From a virus (lineage: Duplodnaviria; Caudoviricetes): DNA of 64,000 bases. The DNA is taken from positions 1 through 64,000 of the IMG/VR virus record IMGVR_UViG_3300020045_003390; one strand, written 5' to 3'. The position numbers were made by a program, and so were the translations under genes. Below, one piece after another: positions 37,243-46,254 of the stretch. The notes under the pieces were generated by a model. It was given only the letters and a program-made list of their open reading frames with translations, was not told the DNA's origin and did not search any database. Within the stretch, counting starts at the first letter, position 1; each line of letters opens with the position of its first letter.

Positions 37243-37590
37243 ATGGAAGTGTTAAAGCTCTTGAAGGATTCTCCTAAGAAAAGCAATTGCTTGCTATGGG
37301 CAATCCCCAGATGGATTGCTAAAGGTAGACAAGACCAGTCTCCTTATTTTATTATCCCATTGGGTAAATGGAAATTACTCCTGAGATGGTCACGTATCCC
37401 TTGGGGATTCCTTCATTGTCTCTTAGGGGAGATGGACCCAGTAACAGGACAGATACAAGTCATAAGCTATAAGCCTCCGCTTGGTCATCATAAGACTGGG
37501 ATTGCACTTACTTTTGAAGGCCATGTAGTTGAAGGTGATTCTATTATTCGATGGGTAGAAATGTCCGAAGAAGTATCAGGGCATGGTTAG
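37243..37590 (+). CDS. hypothetical protein
   Basis: 115-aa Trp-rich ORF, last + strand gene. Confidence 0.55.
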   Translation: MEVLKLLKDSPKKSNCLLWAIPRWIAKGRQDQSPYFIIPLGKWKLLLRWSRIPWGFLHCLLGEMDPVTGQIQVISYKPPLGHHKTGIALTFEGHVVEGDSIIRWVEMSEEVSGHG

Positions 37591-37608
37591 TACAATTTAG
37601 AAATGAAT

Positions 37609-37648
37609 AAACCCCGTACGGCATCTCGCTATACGGGGTTTTGTTTTT
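37609..37648. terminator. terminator between the convergent blocks
   Basis: AAACCCCGTA...TACGGGGTTT followed by T tract. Confidence 0.8.
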
Positions 37649-37649
37649 G

Positions 37650-38000
37650 TCAGCGCGGAATATTATTCTCGTCACACCACTTATAGAAGCTCTTTTCTGA
37701 AAATCCATCACTAATACTGATGAAATCATGGCCAATCTTTTTCATATACGCGCAACGTTGAAGTTCAGCTTTCCATGCTTTTATATTGTCTTCGTAGAAG
37801 TACCAACTTCCCATCCACGATGTATCACCTCTAGATGAGTTCTCATACTTCCAGCCGAAAAGTTTAGGCAAGAGTTTATTTTCATATTCAACCTTGCACT
37901 TTTGGTAGTCTTCTTTCGCTTTTAGGTTCTTGTGCTCAGCCAGCCCCAATTGAAGTCTGATGTATGGGGTATAGTCTTGAATCCTAATTAAATCTTTCAT
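37650..38000 (-). CDS. hypothetical protein
   Basis: 116-aa ORF in minus-strand operon. Confidence 0.6.
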   Translation of the reverse strand: MKDLIRIQDYTPYIRLQLGLAEHKNLKAKEDYQKCKVEYENKLLPKLFGWKYENSSRGDTSWMGSWYFYEDNIKAWKAELQRCAYMKKIGHDFISISDGFSEKSFYKWCDENNIPR

Positions 38001-38017
38001 GTTTTTCCCTTCTTTGT

Positions 38018-38269
38018 CTATTCTTTTACTTTATCAAAGCTCAGATAGTCTGTGTAGATATACTCAACCGTTTCAGCAGGCACATCTTCAAACTTAAAGC
38101 TAAAATAATCTGAAGGGTCACTGATTTTTGCCCCTAGTTTTTCTTTTGTATCAAAGTCTTCTAGAGATGGGCTGCCACAACAACCACATCCATAAATGAA
38201 AATTTTGTACTTCTGGCTGAGATTTGTAAGTTCTTTCAGGAACTCTTGTTCACGTTCTTCGTAGTTCAT
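38018..38269 (-). CDS. hypothetical protein with GCGCCGSP motif
   Basis: SD AAAGGAG, MNYEERE. Confidence 0.6.
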   Translation of the reverse strand: MNYEEREQEFLKELTNLSQKYKIFIYGCGCCGSPSLEDFDTKEKLGAKISDPSDYFSFKFEDVPAETVEYIYTDYLSFDKVKE

Positions 38270-38280
38270 TTGTACTCCTT

Positions 38281-38508
38281 TCATTTACTATCCTCTATCA
38301 TCTTAGAGACAATCCCTTTCAGAACATCCCACTCTTCATTGCCAGATTCCCACCACTGTACTAACTCTGTCCAACTTACTTTCATTGATGATGTAGTAAA
38401 TTCTTCTGGAAATGAGAAGACTTCTTCTACGTGCAAGCTTCTGCACTGTCCTGCAATACAATCTTGATTACCACAGAATGGGCATCCACCAATTAGAAAA
38501 GTTTGCAT
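38281..38508 (-). CDS. hypothetical protein (CPFC...C...C)
   Basis: 75-aa ORF, possible Zn ligands. Confidence 0.55.
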   Translation of the reverse strand: MQTFLIGGCPFCGNQDCIAGQCRSLHVEEVFSFPEEFTTSSMKVSWTELVQWWESGNEEWDVLKGIVSKMIEDSK

Positions 38509-38729
38509 TTAGATTCCTTTAATTTACGTTTCTCAAACATTATATACCGAGCATGGTGACAGTAGTGATAGCCCTGTGTGAGTAGCCATTCAAAATCAAG
38601 TACAGCCTCGTGTATCGTATCTTTGCAACCTACTGGTTCCATGCACACAATGTAGTGCTCTGTCTCTGCTATAACATTATACTTAGTTCCACGAGGGGTT
38701 TTTATCGTTCTTAATATAGGTTGAATCAT
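38493..38729 (-). CDS. hypothetical protein
   Basis: 78-aa ORF with SD AAAGGA. Confidence 0.55.
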   Translation of the reverse strand: MIQPILRTIKTPRGTKYNVIAETEHYIVCMEPVGCKDTIHEAVLDFEWLLTQGYHYCHHARYIMFEKRKLKESKCKLF

Positions 38730-38733
38730 CTTG

Positions 38734-39300
38734 TTATCCTTTCAAAACTTTCATATCGTTCGCAGCAAAGCTGTTCACTTTCAATTCATAATACCTAGCC
38801 AAGAACAAATTCTTAGCATCTTCTGGTGACAACGGAACAATCTTCTCAGGATGTGGTTCGATCCCTTCAATGCACTCCCAAGGTAAACCATCAATAGCGT
38901 CCGGCATTAGATCACGTTTTTCAGTAGCTAAGGCTCGTAGATCAGCCTGCTTAACACTCGGATGCATTATAACAGGTAAACCGAAGTGTCCTAGCACTGC
39001 TGCTTCTACTCTGTGTTCAATAGTCTTGTAATCTGAGAGCATAGCCTTCAAAGGTGTTGCTACGTCACCAATGTATGCTTCTCCAGCATCATGCATAAGA
39101 CCTTCCATTGCATGTTCTGGTGGGACTAAGTAGCTGACTAAAACACAATGTTGCGAGACTGGGTAGAACAAAGTCACATGACCTGTAAACCTACAGATGT
39201 GACTCAGTGCATGAGCAATTGTATCAATATCAATGTAGCTCTTCTCAGGTTCATCAAAGTTGAAGTAATGTCCTGATTGTGTAAGAATACTCGGATGCAT
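38734..39300 (-). CDS. HD-domain phosphohydrolase (YfbR-like 5'-deoxynucleotidase)
   Basis: IAHALSHICRFTGH, VSQHC, LMHDAGEAYIGD, D..AL..EKRDL. Confidence 0.88.
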   Translation of the reverse strand: MHPSILTQSGHYFNFDEPEKSYIDIDTIAHALSHICRFTGHVTLFYPVSQHCVLVSYLVPPEHAMEGLMHDAGEAYIGDVATPLKAMLSDYKTIEHRVEAAVLGHFGLPVIMHPSVKQADLRALATEKRDLMPDAIDGLPWECIEGIEPHPEKIVPLSPEDAKNLFLARYYELKVNSFAANDMKVLKG

Positions 39301-39310
39301 TATTTTCCTT

Positions 39311-39505
39311 TCAAATAGCAGGGAGTTTAAGCACTAAACAAACATATCCAGCACCTTGCTTGAGTAGTTCATCTTTGTTTTCTTGATTCTGCTTCTGTGC
39401 ATCAATCAGACAAGACTCAACTGATTTGTAAGGTTTAACGAGTGTAGGTGCTTCTGTTCCTATAGCAGATGCAGCAGTGATAAGACTTAAGATGGCTTGA
39501 ATCAT
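39311..39505 (-). CDS. small exported hypothetical protein
   Basis: hydrophobic N-terminus, two Cys. Confidence 0.5.
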   Translation of the reverse strand: MIQAILSLITAASAIGTEAPTLVKPYKSVESCLIDAQKQNQENKDELLKQGAGYVCLVLKLPAI

Positions 39506-39508
39506 GGG

Positions 39509-40264
39509 TTACTCCTCTGGTTTAGGTGGTAAGTTATTCTCTGCTACATTCTTTGCAATAAGTTGTTCTGTCATCTTCACTGCATGATTAACAGCATCTT
39601 CAGTAGCCCAGAATGCATAGCAGTTGTCATGATTTACAACATTTACCCACTGAGAGTCCCAAAGGCGAACTTCTGTAGGTTCTGTGCATACTGTAAGTAA
39701 GTCTCGTAAATCTTGGGCAAACGATTCCAAAGTAGAACTCTTCACAGTGACGTTGTTGATGGCTCGGGTATCCATGGCGTCTGCGAGTTCATACAACTTT
39801 GATACTGCACTTTCAATCTTCCGTCCCTGCAATTGCCCAAAGTCACTGATGTATTGCAGGTTTAGTTCTTGGATTTCTTCACGAAGCCTGTTACGCTGCT
39901 TGCGATACGCATCCGCTGCGAGGGATTTGGCATCTAGTTTAGCTTGTAGTTCCTGATTTTCTTTCCGAAGTTCGTAGTTTCGAGTTGACACTTTATCTAG
40001 CTCTTCACGGTATGCCTGCTCCAAGTATGCAAGTGCTACACGAAGTTCATCATTCTCTGCTTTCATTCCCGCCATTATACTATGTGGGCCTGCGTTATGC
40101 GAGACACGTTTGTTCCATGTCTCGATTTTACTTGTAGATAACTTCTTCAGCAATGCAGCCTCAATCTCAGCAGCAAAGCACCCCTCAAGATCGCGTCCTT
40201 CTCCCATCACCTTACGGGCAGCAGTCATGCACTCTTGGATTTCATCTGGTGTAAGTATACTCAT
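39509..40264 (-). CDS. coiled-coil hypothetical protein
   Basis: 251-aa ORF with SD AAGGAG. Confidence 0.65.
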   Translation of the reverse strand: MSILTPDEIQECMTAARKVMGEGRDLEGCFAAEIEAALLKKLSTSKIETWNKRVSHNAGPHSIMAGMKAENDELRVALAYLEQAYREELDKVSTRNYELRKENQELQAKLDAKSLAADAYRKQRNRLREEIQELNLQYISDFGQLQGRKIESAVSKLYELADAMDTRAINNVTVKSSTLESFAQDLRDLLTVCTEPTEVRLWDSQWVNVVNHDNCYAFWATEDAVNHAVKMTEQLIAKNVAENNLPPKPEE

Positions 40265-40358
40265 TGTTCGTCTCCTTCACACATTAGCACTACAGCAATA
40301 AGCATAATAAAGTACAAAGCAGAGTCTGTGATGAAGTTCTTGATTTTGGTGTAAGTGT

Positions 40359-40675
40359 TCATTGCTGGCCTTTCATGGCTGCGTCTACAAGCGCGTCTGC
40401 TTCTTCTTCATACACAGCTTCTTCATCACTTGCACGGACAAGTAGAAGCCAATCCTCTGCAACAGGTACAGCATTTGGATCGCGCAGCCACCGATACCGC
40501 TCCGCATCAGCCTTGTCCGAGTTGCAATCATTGCTTCGTTCAAGTCAACCTTGTATTGCTCAAGCTCCATCTCCAACTGTCGCAATACACCCCTATTGAT
40601 CAGCAGTGTATTGTGGTCTGTAATTTTGCCTGTGATATCATAAAGACTTGGCAGGTCATCACTCATTGTAGTCAT
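40359..40675 (-). pseudogene. frameshifted hypothetical gene (DAERYRWLR family)
   Basis: start and SD are in one frame; the DAERYRWLR segment and ATGA-coupled stop are in another. Confidence 0.5.
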
Positions 40676-40699
40676 TTCAAACTCCTTTCGTATAGATAA

Positions 40700-40736
40700 A
40701 AGAAAACCCAACACAAACCTTGCGATCCATGTTGGG
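40700..40736 (-). terminator. intrinsic terminator after RNR
   Basis: CCCAACA...TGTTGGG followed by TTTTCTTT on the minus strand. Confidence 0.7.
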
Positions 40737-40737
40737 C

Positions 40738-40766
40738 ATCTTACTGCATTAAATTTTAGTTGTCAA
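40738..40766 (-). promoter_or_regulatory. sigma70 promoter
   Basis: TTGACA-17 nt-TAAGAT. Confidence 0.7.
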
Positions 40767-40789
40767 GTGGTTTTGCTGAAAACTTTTGT

Positions 40790-42718
40790 TTACTTGATTG
40801 GGCACATCCCGCCAGCACAGTCATCAGCAGCTTCAAAGTCAATGCCACCAGCAACACCAGTGATCAAACGAGTCCTAGCCACAAGTTCATTGTACTGCTG
40901 TTCAGAGATTTCTTCCATAGGAGCCTGATCAAATCCATGATCATTGTGCAAAAGAAATGATAGACTCTTGTGACAGTCTTTGTAGTTCTTTGCAAGGTAC
41001 TCCTTGATTGTAGGGAGTTCCTCTTTACGATAATACACTGTACAGCTTACACTGTTGTCTGACCAATCCTTCTGGAGTTTCTTCACCGCTTCAAGTTGCT
41101 GAATTGCAGTCATCTCAGATGCCAACACTGTACCTCCTGGGTACTTGAATGGAAAAGAAACAACAACTGTACTACGGTCTTCTGAACCATCAAAGTTCCG
41201 TTGGTATTCAACAGGATAACCATGATCTTTACAGACTTGCACCAGAGAGTGCGAAGAACTGATACGAATACGGCGAATCATGAACTGACTGTAAGCAGGG
41301 TGAATACCTGGGGTTACACCGGGCAATAAACTCAGTGTTCCTGATGGTTTGCATGTCGCCAACTTGATACTGACAGGCCATTTCTGTTTTGCTGAATACT
41401 CCTTATCGAATGCCCTCAATTCTACATACGCCTTTTCTAGCCAACTTCTTTGCTCTGCTGTAGCCTGTAGTACGCCTGTCACTCCAATGCCCATACGCAT
41501 GTTCGTATTCACAACTTTTTCTGTTTCCTTGTTGTGGCAAGGCAAAGCAAGGCTGTGTTTGTTAATACGGTATAGCAGTTTTGAAAGATCAACAAACTCT
41601 TCATAAGAAGGTACGTTTGGTAGGAACACTTCTGCAAGGCAGCAAGTTTCAAAGTTAGCCAGAGATTGCTCAGCACAAGGATTGTAACCTTGCACATCAG
41701 GATCAGGATAATTAGTATCTCCCAATCGTCCAACCTTACGGCTAAGATCAAGATTAATCAAACCAAATGGTTCACCTTTACCTTCGTAGCCTTCCCAGAA
41801 GTAATCATGCAATTCACTGATGTCATTACAGACTACACTGTTATTTGACATTGCTCTCCACGAAGGAATCGTGCCCATGTCCCAACGCTTGGACAACAAG
41901 AATTCCACATCGTCAGCATCACCGATTGCAATCTGAGCACTTCTACGAACATTACCTGCAACCACTACAGCACCAATGATGTTCATAATATCAAGGCAGT
42001 CAATCGGTCGAACTTTTTTACCTTTTCGTTTCTCAAGTACTTTAGAGATTTGTTCAACTCCCCAGCAAAGGTCTTCAGGACCTGAAGCAGTACCACCAAA
42101 GCCTTTAATTGGGGCACCCTTACCACGAATCAATTGTGTGCTGTATGTAAACGTCTGATGACCTGTTTCATGCGCAAGGAAGGCAGCTTTTAGAGTCTTA
42201 CCTAGGAGTGCTACCCAACCCTCTCGCGTGTCTGGAACAATGAAATCTGCACTAGACAAGTCAACCCTTTTAGGTGCTTTAAAATTCTTTCGTACTTTCG
42301 GTAGCTTGTCTACATTATATTTCTGAATGTTGTAACCAACCCCAGAACCAAGCATTAGCATATCCATGGCCCAAGTAAAAGGTCTAACAGGAGCATCGAC
42401 TACAACAAAGGCACAATTCTGAAGTGAAGCCAGCCCAAGTTTACCTACTGTATCAGTTCCGAGTTGCCAGAGGAAACGACCTGCTACTGTACCTTTCAAT
42501 TGCAGCATGTAGTCTTTAAGTCGGGTTTCTTCTTCTGTGGTGAAGTTACATTTCAATTGGGACTGTGAAGCAGACACAACACGGTTGACTGTATCTTTCC
42601 ATTCTTCGGTTGTACTGTTTGTATCTTGCTCATCTAACCTTCGAGCGTAGGTTCTTTTATATGTGAGGTAGCCAACACTAGACCACGGGGTTGTTTGTTC
42701 TTGTTTTGTTTCTTGCAT
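40790..42718 (-). CDS. nrdJ: class II (adenosylcobalamin-dependent) monomeric ribonucleotide reductase
   Basis: AGRFLW, LQNC, GNVRRSA, YNPCAEQ, KPSGT, C-terminal CxxGxC. Confidence 0.93.
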   Translation of the reverse strand: MQETKQEQTTPWSSVGYLTYKRTYARRLDEQDTNSTTEEWKDTVNRVVSASQSQLKCNFTTEEETRLKDYMLQLKGTVAGRFLWQLGTDTVGKLGLASLQNCAFVVVDAPVRPFTWAMDMLMLGSGVGYNIQKYNVDKLPKVRKNFKAPKRVDLSSADFIVPDTREGWVALLGKTLKAAFLAHETGHQTFTYSTQLIRGKGAPIKGFGGTASGPEDLCWGVEQISKVLEKRKGKKVRPIDCLDIMNIIGAVVVAGNVRRSAQIAIGDADDVEFLLSKRWDMGTIPSWRAMSNNSVVCNDISELHDYFWEGYEGKGEPFGLINLDLSRKVGRLGDTNYPDPDVQGYNPCAEQSLANFETCCLAEVFLPNVPSYEEFVDLSKLLYRINKHSLALPCHNKETEKVVNTNMRMGIGVTGVLQATAEQRSWLEKAYVELRAFDKEYSAKQKWPVSIKLATCKPSGTLSLLPGVTPGIHPAYSQFMIRRIRISSSHSLVQVCKDHGYPVEYQRNFDGSEDRSTVVVSFPFKYPGGTVLASEMTAIQQLEAVKKLQKDWSDNSVSCTVYYRKEELPTIKEYLAKNYKDCHKSLSFLLHNDHGFDQAPMEEISEQQYNELVARTRLITGVAGGIDFEAADDCAGGMCPIK

Positions 42719-42742
42719 TAATTATTTCCTTTGTTGTTAATC

Positions 42743-43087
42743 TTACTCAATTTCTACCTCACCACGCAATCTGTAGCAATCCACCAAAAGACGATTTCCA
42801 ATTGCTTTATCTTTTGCTGCCTTAGATGCATATGGACTATCAATCCATGCCTTATCCAAACGGGAATTACACACCCAACGCCAAGTAGTTATGATATTTC
42901 CAAAACGATTCCTGTGTGTACAGTACTGTTTATCAACAGGAAAGTTATATACATCCAGTCCCAGATCAAAGAGCATCTCATTAAGCGTATCTGGATTTTC
43001 ATCAATCCACTCTTCTATCAACCATGGCATAACCGTTTGTAGTTCTGAGAGGCTGATTGCCTCAAAAGCTGCAATATTTAAACTCAT
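42743..43087 (-). CDS. hypothetical protein
   Basis: 114-aa ORF between thyX and nrdJ. Confidence 0.65.
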   Translation of the reverse strand: MSLNIAAFEAISLSELQTVMPWLIEEWIDENPDTLNEMLFDLGLDVYNFPVDKQYCTHRNRFGNIITTWRWVCNSRLDKAWIDSPYASKAAKDKAIGNRLLVDCYRLRGEVEIE

Positions 43088-43153
43088 TTTTCTCCTTTCA
43101 CGGAAGAAAGGGAATAGTCATTATACCCTTGACTTCCTTAATTGTCTAGTTAA

Positions 43154-43912
43154 TTATTTTGCTTCCAACAAAGCAGGCACTGATACAGGGAACAAAGGTT
43201 CAATGATTGCCTTTACTTTCTCAGCAACAATTCGACTTTCCTTTTGTGTATGTGGATCAAGCCTGAGTTTCAACATATCGCAATATGCCCCTAGAGTTCC
43301 ACTCCACCACCAACTCGTTAGCATATTCTGAGGAAGAATCATCCTGGCTTGTTCTGCTGCGATGCCTGCATGAATCATAGCCTTGTACAACGTAACAGTA
43401 TTTGCGAGATGACTCTCAAGCATCTCTACCCCTTGATCAACACCCCACTGAAACTCCTGCGGGACATCCTTACCAAACTCGTGAACAATGTACCCTTCGA
43501 AACGTTCATCTGAACTTCCTTGCTTTACATTCTCTGCTTTCTTACGCCAGTATTCTGGAAAGTAAAATTCAGGCTCTGAATCGACGTATCTTCGACTGAC
43601 TTCATTAATTGGCATGAACTTATGTTTCACTAACTGGCGGGCAACAAATATCGGAGCCTTGATTCGTAGAGTGATAAACGAATGATTAAACGGAGAGAAG
43701 TGCTTGTGCTTTGCTAGGTACTTAATCAGATTGGTGTCTTTTTGTGAAAGTACATTAACAAACTCAGCGTTGCGTTCCCGCTCATCTTCTCCGTAAGTCT
43801 CTACGACATCCCAAGAACTTTCCTTATCAAAACTCACCCTTGCTGCGTTAGCCACCATAAGGTCACTGCCTGTATGCTGGATATACTCAACCGAAATATC
43901 TGCTGTTTTCAT
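43154..43912 (-). CDS. thyX: flavin-dependent thymidylate synthase
   Basis: NAARVSF, HFSPFNH, PIFVARQLVKH, NEVSRRY, EQARMILP, LRLDPHTQKE. Confidence 0.93.
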   Translation of the reverse strand: MKTADISVEYIQHTGSDLMVANAARVSFDKESSWDVVETYGEDERERNAEFVNVLSQKDTNLIKYLAKHKHFSPFNHSFITLRIKAPIFVARQLVKHKFMPINEVSRRYVDSEPEFYFPEYWRKKAENVKQGSSDERFEGYIVHEFGKDVPQEFQWGVDQGVEMLESHLANTVTLYKAMIHAGIAAEQARMILPQNMLTSWWWSGTLGAYCDMLKLRLDPHTQKESRIVAEKVKAIIEPLFPVSVPALLEAK

Positions 43913-44136
43913 TTATACTCACCTACAGTAAAAACTGCATCTGTGATTCGCCAAACTACTTGATCTTTTCCAATCTTTTCAGTTTCGCCTGCGTTCATCA
44001 ATCCTGCAACCTTGTAGATAACTACAGCCGTATCATCAGATGTTTTTAAGTAAACACCTGTCTCATAATGAAATAGTTTTCCTTTATAAATCTCGGAAAA
44101 ATTGCACTGACCGGGTTTAATTATTTGAATTTTCAT
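43909..44136 (-). CDS. hypothetical protein
   Basis: start at MKIQIIKPG with SD AAGGAG. Confidence 0.55.
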   Translation of the reverse strand: MKIQIIKPGQCNFSEIYKGKLFHYETGVYLKTSDDTAVVIYKVAGLMNAGETEKIGKDQVVWRITDAVFTVGEYK

Positions 44137-44323
44137 TATTCTCCTTATACTTTTTAAAAACTTGCAACTCGTGCTCACATGCCCATGCTTTCGTACCGTC
44201 TACCATTTGGACTAAAAGTACTTTTGGATTTTCAGTATATCCTAGACACTTAACAAGTCTCCGGTAGAGTGTCCTATTAGATGTATAAGTATAGAGGTGA
44301 GTAGCTTCACTCCACATTTTCAT
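44117..44323 (-). CDS. hypothetical protein
   Basis: 68-aa ORF with SD. Confidence 0.5.
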   Translation of the reverse strand: MKMWSEATHLYTYTSNRTLYRRLVKCLGYTENPKVLLVQMVDGTKAWACEHELQVFKKYKENNENSNN

Positions 44324-44342
44324 TCTTCCCTTTCATTCGGTC

Positions 44343-44510
44343 TTAGTACGCAAGTGTTTCGCATCGTTTCAGCATAGAACTCAAATCTACTGGTTTATCC
44401 GGTCCTGCAACTGTAATCTCGTTGTTGATTACTACCTCAAGCCTTGCATTGATCTTCTTCAACTCAACCAAAATCTGAGCAAGTGCTGCAGACGTTTCTT
44501 CTTTTGTCAT
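44343..44510 (-). CDS. small hypothetical protein (55 aa)
   Basis: SD AAAGGA, MTKEETSAALAQIL... Confidence 0.55.
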   Translation of the reverse strand: MTKEETSAALAQILVELKKINARLEVVINNEITVAGPDKPVDLSSMLKRCETLAY

Positions 44511-44512
44511 AT

Positions 44513-44998
44513 TTAGTTTCCTTTCTTCTTTGCTTCTTCAAGTTCAAGTTCTAAATTAGCCAATGCCCTCCAAGCAAGCTTTGCACTATGCCGTTGACCA
44601 TCAGTATCAAACTTACCCCTATCAATCAGGTGTCTACCAATACAATCTGGGTGATCAATAGATTTAGTCCTATCCCAGAATAATTCTTCACCCGGATGGT
44701 GTTGGTCATTCCCTGCTTTAGAGCACTTAGCAACCTCTGCAATCGCAAGTGGAAAGTAATCTAGTACACCTGTAACAATCGGAATTTGTTTTCGTTCTTG
44801 AGCATCTGTTGGGAGGATCATGTTTACTGTAAATGGAATTTCTTTTAAGTCCTTCTGAAAAATAGTCCATCTCTCTCCATTACTTCGGAGAACAATTGGG
44901 CACCTTTCCGTCCCCCAAGGATAGAACCCACCAACAAGTACATTTTCATTGGGGAAATCTTTTCCAATGTAGCGATAATATTTACCATTTTCAATCAT
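44513..44998 (-). CDS. dATP/dGTP diphosphohydrolase domain protein (DUF5664-like)
   Basis: RK..PI..GVLDYFP.AIAEVA..S..GND.HHPGE.L.W.R.KS.DH.DCI.RHL...H.A.LAWRALA.L. Confidence 0.72.
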   Translation of the reverse strand: MIENGKYYRYIGKDFPNENVLVGGFYPWGTERCPIVLRSNGERWTIFQKDLKEIPFTVNMILPTDAQERKQIPIVTGVLDYFPLAIAEVAKCSKAGNDQHHPGEELFWDRTKSIDHPDCIGRHLIDRGKFDTDGQRHSAKLAWRALANLELELEEAKKKGN

Positions 44999-45009
44999 TA
45001 AATCCCCTT

Positions 45010-45420
45010 TCAGTAAGCCTTTCCATTATCCTTCATACGACTCTCGATCTTGTGATCAGACCTTGTGGAGTTATAGGCCAACTTCTCCTGAATAGCCCCA
45101 GCAAGATCAAGGTTCAAAGCACCGCACAAATCCAAAATACGAATCACAGCATCTGCAAGCTCCACTTCAATACCCTTACGATGTGGAAGTTTATCATCCA
45201 TGAGGTTCTTCCGCGCAGCTTCCATAGACTCAGAAACTTCACTGTGGATCAAAACTAGTTTCTCAGCAACAAGAGCTTTACCAAATCGAGTACCTTTTCT
45301 GCATTCTTCTGCTAGGTCTTGATTTGTACTAAGACCGGTCCACCAACCAGCTGCAATATTTCCTTGGTGAATCTTTCGTTGTAAAGTTTCAATAGCGTAC
45401 TGTTCATCCATATCCATCAT
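45010..45420 (-). CDS. MazG-like NTP pyrophosphohydrolase
   Basis: LIHSEVSESMEA.RK...EVELADAVIRILD, EK.AYN..R. Confidence 0.85.
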   Translation of the reverse strand: MMDMDEQYAIETLQRKIHQGNIAAGWWTGLSTNQDLAEECRKGTRFGKALVAEKLVLIHSEVSESMEAARKNLMDDKLPHRKGIEVELADAVIRILDLCGALNLDLAGAIQEKLAYNSTRSDHKIESRMKDNGKAY

Positions 45421-45795
45421 TCAATCTTCCTCCTTTACTTCTTTATCAATTTTCTGGATGTTTTCCACAGGAATAATCTCATAAGTCAAGGTAACAGTTG
45501 GAATTTCCCCAGGGACAACTCTTAATTTTGACTCGCAAAATCCCATGCGTTGCGTTCCACAGAAAGAGATAATCTCTTGTGGGATACCCATCACACTCTG
45601 TAAAGAAAATTCTGTAGGTTGTTTCTGAACAGCACCTCGGCCTCTATAAGAGTCATTGAAAGTAAAGTATCTACCGTCAATGTTTTCAGTATATTGCAGC
45701 TTAGAAAATTGGTCTGTATCGTCCACAAGCCCCGCAAGTCCTTTTATCCAAAACCAAACACCAGTTACACAGTCCATCATTCAATCTTCCTCCTT
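45413..45795. repeat. identical 23-nt direct repeat (45413-45435 and 45773-45795), with a variant at 46247-46265
   Basis: minus strand reads AAGGAGGAAGATTGAATGATGGA at both sites. Confidence 0.9.
45421..45780 (-). CDS. hypothetical protein
   Basis: 119-aa ORF flanked by the 23-nt repeat. Confidence 0.6.
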   Translation of the reverse strand: MMDCVTGVWFWIKGLAGLVDDTDQFSKLQYTENIDGRYFTFNDSYRGRGAVQKQPTEFSLQSVMGIPQEIISFCGTQRMGFCESKLRVVPGEIPTVTLTYEIIPVENIQKIDKEVKEED

Positions 45796-45796
45796 A

Positions 45797-45898
45797 TTAA
45801 CGACGCAATGCTTTGCAATACTTTCCCTCAATGTGGGTTCGCAGCTTGTACCCACTAATAAGAGCCTCTCCACAATACTGGCACCTATAGTAACCCAT
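45797..45898 (-). CDS. 33-aa zinc-finger microprotein
   Basis: SD AAGGAGG; MGYYRCQYCGEALISGYKLRTHIEGKYCKALRR. Confidence 0.65.
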   Translation of the reverse strand: MGYYRCQYCGEALISGYKLRTHIEGKYCKALRR

Positions 45899-45930
45899 TT
45901 ATTCAACCTCCTTATCTAATACTTTGCAAT

Positions 45931-46254
45931 CTATACCTTCTCTAGATAAGACTTTAGGGTTGTAACCTTCTCTCCACAACAACGTAGAATTTGACAATTG
46001 AGCCGATCTTTTCTAGACCGGATACATTTTACGAACTCGTGTGGGAAGTCTGGTCCAACGTATTTATAGCAATCTTCTTCCATAACCTCAAAAGAATCTA
46101 GCCCCATTATCTCTCCAATTTTTTCGAGAGATTCTATATAGTAGGCGGTAGTATCATCCCGAGCTGCTTGAATATCCAAGTGGTGCCTAACCATTGGTTC
46201 AACATAGGGTTGCCGAATTAACCACCAAAAACAGTCCTGATAAAAATCCATCAT
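45931..46254 (-). CDS. hypothetical protein
   Basis: 107-aa ORF, ATGA overlap. Confidence 0.6.
   Translation of the reverse strand: MMDFYQDCFWWLIRQPYVEPMVRHHLDIQAARDDTTAYYIESLEKIGEIMGLDSFEVMEEDCYKYVGPDFPHEFVKCIRSRKDRLNCQILRCCGEKVTTLKSYLEKV

Noticed and set aside
38734-45420. Calling this a 2-aminoadenine (Z) genome
   Set aside because: No PurZ homologue in the window; HD and MazG-like genes are common in unmodified phages
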